Position numbers and translations under genes: made by a program. From an uncultured Kiloniellales bacterium (lineage in GTDB: Bacteria > Actinomycetota > Acidimicrobiia > Spongiisociales > UBA5794): 64,000 bases of DNA. Positions 60,731 to 64,000 of this stretch are shown in pieces. The stretch spans positions 15,399 to 79,398 of the forward strand of contig CAXMSN010000067.1 of NCBI GenBank assembly GCA_964196275.1, in the 5' to 3' direction. The notes beneath the pieces are model-generated. The model was not told the DNA's origin. It saw nothing but the letters and a program-made list of their open reading frames with translations, and searched no databases. The first letter of the stretch is position 1, and each line of letters starts with the position of its first letter.

Positions 60731-60736
60731 ACGCTG

Positions 60737-61045
60737 ATGCAAGCACTTGGCGTACTCGCTGACCCGATCAGACGAGAGATAATCGAGACACTTCTCGAAC
60801 ACGAGGAAGATGCAGGATCGTTGGCGGCCCGGTTCACCGTCAGCCGCCCAGCCGTTTCCCGCCATCTCCGCGTACTCAGGGAGGCAGGTCTCGTACGCGT
60901 GGAGGTCGATGCTCAACGACGCGTCTATCACGCGGAACTCGCACCGCTTGCCGAAGTCGACGATTGGATCGGCCGCTATCGGCAGTTCTGGTCAACCAAA
61001 CTCGACGCACTTGACACCTATCTCGAAGAGGAGACACGACAATGA
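60737..61045 (+). CDS. ArsR/SmtB-family transcriptional regulator
   Basis: Start ATG-60737: 'MQALGVLADPIRREIIETLLEHEEDAGSLAARFTVSRPAVSRHLRVLREAGLV'. Confidence 0.88.
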   Translation: MQALGVLADPIRREIIETLLEHEEDAGSLAARFTVSRPAVSRHLRVLREAGLVRVEVDAQRRVYHAELAPLAEVDDWIGRYRQFWSTKLDALDTYLEEETRQ

Positions 61046-61521
61046 CAATTCAACTCGGAACCCTGGCGTTCGAGGGCTCGGACACCGTCATCACGTTCAC
61101 GCGTTCCTACACGGCAGCACCCGCGAAGGTGTGGGATGCGATCGCAACTCAGGAAGGACTGGCCGGTTGGCTGGCTACAGGGACCTTCGAAAGCCACCTC
61201 GGTGGGGACGTCAACTTCGTCTTCGACGAGGAGAACTACGTCACGGGCGAAGTGACCGTCTGGAATCCGTATTCCGAACTCACCCACACGTGGGTCATCA
61301 ACGGCGAAGTGCCATCGAGCCTGTCCTATCTGCTCCAACCAGAGGGCTCAGGCACGAAGATGACGCTGATCCACACGAAGCTGCCGGAACAGATGGCTGG
61401 TGGCTACACACCCGGCTGGCACGCCTATCTGGACCGCCTCGACCAGCTGATCGCCGGCACGGACCCGAGTTCGTGGGATGAACTGTTCAACGCAATCGCT
61501 CCTCAGTACATGCCTCAGTAG
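61042..61521 (+). CDS. SRPBCC/AHSA1-like (Aha1 domain) protein
   Basis: 159 aa with a 4-nt overlap with arsR, which is the classic ArsR+AHSA1 pair. 'VWDAIATQEGLAGWL', '..HTWVINGE..' and 'GWHAYLDRL'. Confidence 0.75.
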   Translation: MTIQLGTLAFEGSDTVITFTRSYTAAPAKVWDAIATQEGLAGWLATGTFESHLGGDVNFVFDEENYVTGEVTVWNPYSELTHTWVINGEVPSSLSYLLQPEGSGTKMTLIHTKLPEQMAGGYTPGWHAYLDRLDQLIAGTDPSSWDELFNAIAPQYMPQ

Positions 61522-61683
61522 GCCCGGCCACAGACGAGACAGAAATCACAAAGATTGGGGTTGATACGACCCGACTCAGGTTATAGTCTGTCATTCGACT
61601 AAGAACTGGGTGCGTTTCAGACGTGCCCGATCGAAAGACACACGTCGACGGACCACGCGTCCATCGACAAAAGGAGTATCACC

Positions 61684-63564
61684 ATGGGAAGAGCTGTCGG
61701 AATCGACCTCGGAACCACAAACTCTGTCATCTCCGTCCTTGAGGGCGGGGAGCCACAGGTCATCGCAAATGCAGAAGGCGCCCGTACCACCCCATCGGTG
61801 GTGGCGTTCGCCAAGAACGGCGAGGTACTGGTCGGAGACCAGGCCAAGCGCCAGGCCATCACGAACCCCGATCGCACGATTCGCTCGGTCAAGCGCCACA
61901 TGGGCACCGACTGGTCGATCGAGATCGACGACAAGAGCTACACGGCTCAGGAGATCTCTGCGCGCATCCTTCAGAAGATGAAGGCTGACGCTGAGGCGTA
62001 CCTGGGAGAGCCGGTAACGAATGCCGTCATCACGGTTCCTGCCTACTTCGGGGACGCACAACGACAGGCGACCAAGGAAGCCGGCCAGATCGCCGGGCTC
62101 GAAGTCGAACGCATCGTCAATGAGCCGACAGCTGCCTCACTTGCGTACGGCCTCGACAAGGTCGATACGGACGAGCTCATCCTCGTCTACGACCTCGGCG
62201 GCGGCACGTTCGACGTGTCCGTCCTCGAGATTGGCGAAGGCGTCTTTGAGGTCAAGTCCACGGCCGGCGACACGAACCTCGGTGGTGATGACTGGGATCA
62301 GATCGTCATCGACTGGCTCGTCGACGGGTTCAAGGCGAAGAACGGCATCGACCTTTCGTCAGATGCCATGGCGCTGACACGGCTCAGGGAAGCTGCAGAG
62401 AAGGCCAAGATCGATCTCTCCTCCGTACAGGAGACAGAGGTGAATCTTCCGTTCATCACTGCGAACGCTGACGGCCCGATCCACCTGCTCGAGAACCTGA
62501 CCAGAGCTGAGTTCGAGCGCATGACCGCTGCTCTTGTCGAACGCACCAGAGCACCGTTCGATCGTGCAGTGAAGGACGCAGGTGTTTCGGTCTCCGAGAT
62601 CGACCACGTGATCCTCGTTGGAGGCACGACCCGTATCCCCGCTGTACAGACGCTCGTGAATGAACTCGCAGGCAAGGAAGCCAACAGGAGCGTGAACCCC
62701 GACGAGGTTGTCGGTCTTGGTGCTGCCATCCAGGCTGGCGTGCTCTCGGGAGATGTCTCAGGCATCCTCCTGTTGGACGTGACACCGCTGACGCTCGGCA
62801 TCGAGACCGAGGGTGGCGTATCGACGAAGATGATCGAGCGCAACACAACGATCCCAACCAAGCGGACGGAGATCTTCACGACGGCGTCGAACAGTCAGCC
62901 AGAGGTTGACATCCATGTCATCCAGGGCGAGCGTGCAATGGCCCGTGACAACAACAGTCTCGGCCAGTTCAAGCTCGACGGGATCGCACCGGCCCCGCGC
63001 GGTATCCCCCAGATCGAGGTCACATTCGATATCGACACGAATGGCATCGTCTCGGTATCGGCCAAGGACCTTGGTACGGGCAAGACGCAGCACGTGACCA
63101 TCACGGGCGGTACGGCTCTCGAACAGGACGACATCGACAGGATGGTCAACGACGCTGAGACCTACGCCGCAGAGGACGCTGACCGCAAGGAGGCTGCCGA
63201 GGCCCGCAACGCTGCGGACCACGCTGCCCACACGGTTGGAACCCAGCTGGCGGATCACGGTGACAAGTTGACCGAGGACGAGAAGGCGCCGATACAGGCA
63301 AATCTCGACTCGATGAAGGAATTGCTCTCTACCGATGCGACGTCGACCGAGGCGTTGAAGACGGCGACAGACGAACTTCTCAAGAGCGCTCAGGCGATCG
63401 GCGAGAAGATCTACGCCGCTGCCCAAGCTGAGGCCGAGGCGGCTGCAGCAGAGGGTGACGAAGGTTCGTCAAACGACGATGTCGCCGAGGCCGAGGTTGT
63501 GGATGCCGACGTTGTAGATGCCGACGTCGTAGATGCCGAGGTTGTGGAGGATGAGGAGGCGTAG
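61684..63564 (+). CDS. dnaK: molecular chaperone DnaK (Hsp70)
   Basis: 626 aa. '[12 protein letters not shown]', '[20 protein letters not shown]' and '[10 protein letters not shown]'. AAAGGAG SD. The acidic tail contains VVDA repeats. Confidence 0.98.
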   Translation: MGRAVGIDLGTTNSVISVLEGGEPQVIANAEGARTTPSVVAFAKNGEVLVGDQAKRQAITNPDRTIRSVKRHMGTDWSIEIDDKSYTAQEISARILQKMKADAEAYLGEPVTNAVITVPAYFGDAQRQATKEAGQIAGLEVERIVNEPTAASLAYGLDKVDTDELILVYDLGGGTFDVSVLEIGEGVFEVKSTAGDTNLGGDDWDQIVIDWLVDGFKAKNGIDLSSDAMALTRLREAAEKAKIDLSSVQETEVNLPFITANADGPIHLLENLTRAEFERMTAALVERTRAPFDRAVKDAGVSVSEIDHVILVGGTTRIPAVQTLVNELAGKEANRSVNPDEVVGLGAAIQAGVLSGDVSGILLLDVTPLTLGIETEGGVSTKMIERNTTIPTKRTEIFTTASNSQPEVDIHVIQGERAMARDNNSLGQFKLDGIAPAPRGIPQIEVTFDIDTNGIVSVSAKDLGTGKTQHVTITGGTALEQDDIDRMVNDAETYAAEDADRKEAAEARNAADHAAHTVGTQLADHGDKLTEDEKAPIQANLDSMKELLSTDATSTEALKTATDELLKSAQAIGEKIYAAAQAEAEAAAAEGDEGSSNDDVAEAEVVDADVVDADVVDAEVVEDEEA

Positions 63565-63607
63565 GCCTTCTCATCTCCCTCACCTCGCTACAAGAACGGA
63601 CGTCACC

Positions 63608-64000
63608 ATGAACGACCACAGCCAGCCATCCGACGAGCAGCCACCTCGGGACGCCGTAGGCGAACCGACGGTCGCCGAGCTCGTTGAGATGTTCGATGCC
63701 GGACACTCGGCAGAGAGTCTCGGAATAGCCTTGCCCGACGACCCGGAAGAGGCGCAGACACTGCTGATCCGCGAGCTCGGTGAAGCGCGCCAGGAATCGG
63801 GTGAGCTTCTTGCGAACCTGCAGCGTGTCGCCGCCGAGTTCGACAACTTTCGCAAGAGGACCGAACGCGATCAACTCGAGAACGTGCAACGCGCAGGCCA
63901 ACGCGTCATCGAGTCCTTGCTCCCAGCCCTCGACGGCTTGGATGCCGCTCTCATGCTCGAGGGGACAACCGAGGGTGAAGAGAAGATGCTCGAAGGGATG
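63608..64000 (+). CDS. grpE: nucleotide exchange factor GrpE (5' part; runs off the window)
   Basis: ATG-63608. The frame stays open to the window end, so it is absent from the ORF track. '..LLANLQRVAAEFDNFRKRTERD..' is the GrpE signature. Confidence 0.9.
   Translation, partial: MNDHSQPSDEQPPRDAVGEPTVAELVEMFDAGHSAESLGIALPDDPEEAQTLLIRELGEARQESGELLANLQRVAAEFDNFRKRTERDQLENVQRAGQRVIESLLPALDGLDAALMLEGTTEGEEKMLEGM

Noticed and set aside
61561-61610. HspR (HAIR) or HrcA (CIRCE) operator, or a sigma-70 promoter, upstream of dnaK
   Set aside because: No CTTGAGT-N7-ACTCAAG or TTAGCACTC-N9-GAGTGCTAA-like inverted repeat is present, only the direct repeats cgactcagg and cgactaaga. TTGATA and TATAGT are separated by just 15 nt, so I do not call a promoter.

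Overview
High-GC, gene-dense (about 90% coding) chromosomal segment. Actinobacterial hallmarks include dnaK-grpE, clpS with its conserved neighbour, an XRE regulator next to a lysine-tailed HbhA-like protein, an epimerase + acyltransferase pair, ctaA-ctaB, a TCGAAC-N4-GTTCGA SOS box and Thr/Pro-rich envelope linkers. I support about 70 protein genes, mostly housekeeping: ClC channel, manC, a sigma-70 factor, fadD, a liv-type ABC transporter, hflX, PhoH2, gpsA, tag, heme O/A synthases, mgtE, nadE, tyrA, dnaK and grpE. There is one tRNA, several intrinsic terminators and a dispersed family of hairpin-forming intergenic repeats. No CRISPR array, rRNA, transposase or integrase was seen.

The main result is a selenocysteine-decoding signature spread across the window:
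- A 95-nt tRNA with anticodon UCA (tRNA-Sec, 21993..22087, minus strand).
- A selD gene whose real N-terminus (..YSHGAG-UGA-ACKLGP..) contains an in-frame UGA followed by a hairpin (46136..47194).
- A minus-strand locus (341..1528) where three same-frame ORFs are separated only by two TGA codons. These TGAs fall on the two catalytic cysteine positions of the MerB (alkylmercury lyase) fold, and the whole reading frame runs into a class III adenylate cyclase domain. The second TGA is followed by an fdhF-like GGUC-loop hairpin. I read this as a candidate double-selenocysteine MerB-like sensor cyclase that standard ORF calling splits into three pieces.

Other notable items:
- A catalytically degenerate DAHP-synthase domain fused to an apparently intact chorismate mutase.
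- A perfect SOS box in front of a DUF222/HNH endonuclease gene whose N-terminus is frameshifted by a perfect 14-bp tandem duplication.
- A Walker-A-degenerate BY-kinase-like/LCP fusion flanked by paralogous secreted proteins.
- A 40-bp duplication of the msrA 3' end bracketing a methyltransferase gene.

All calls come from reading the sequence and ORF track. No database search or folding program was run.
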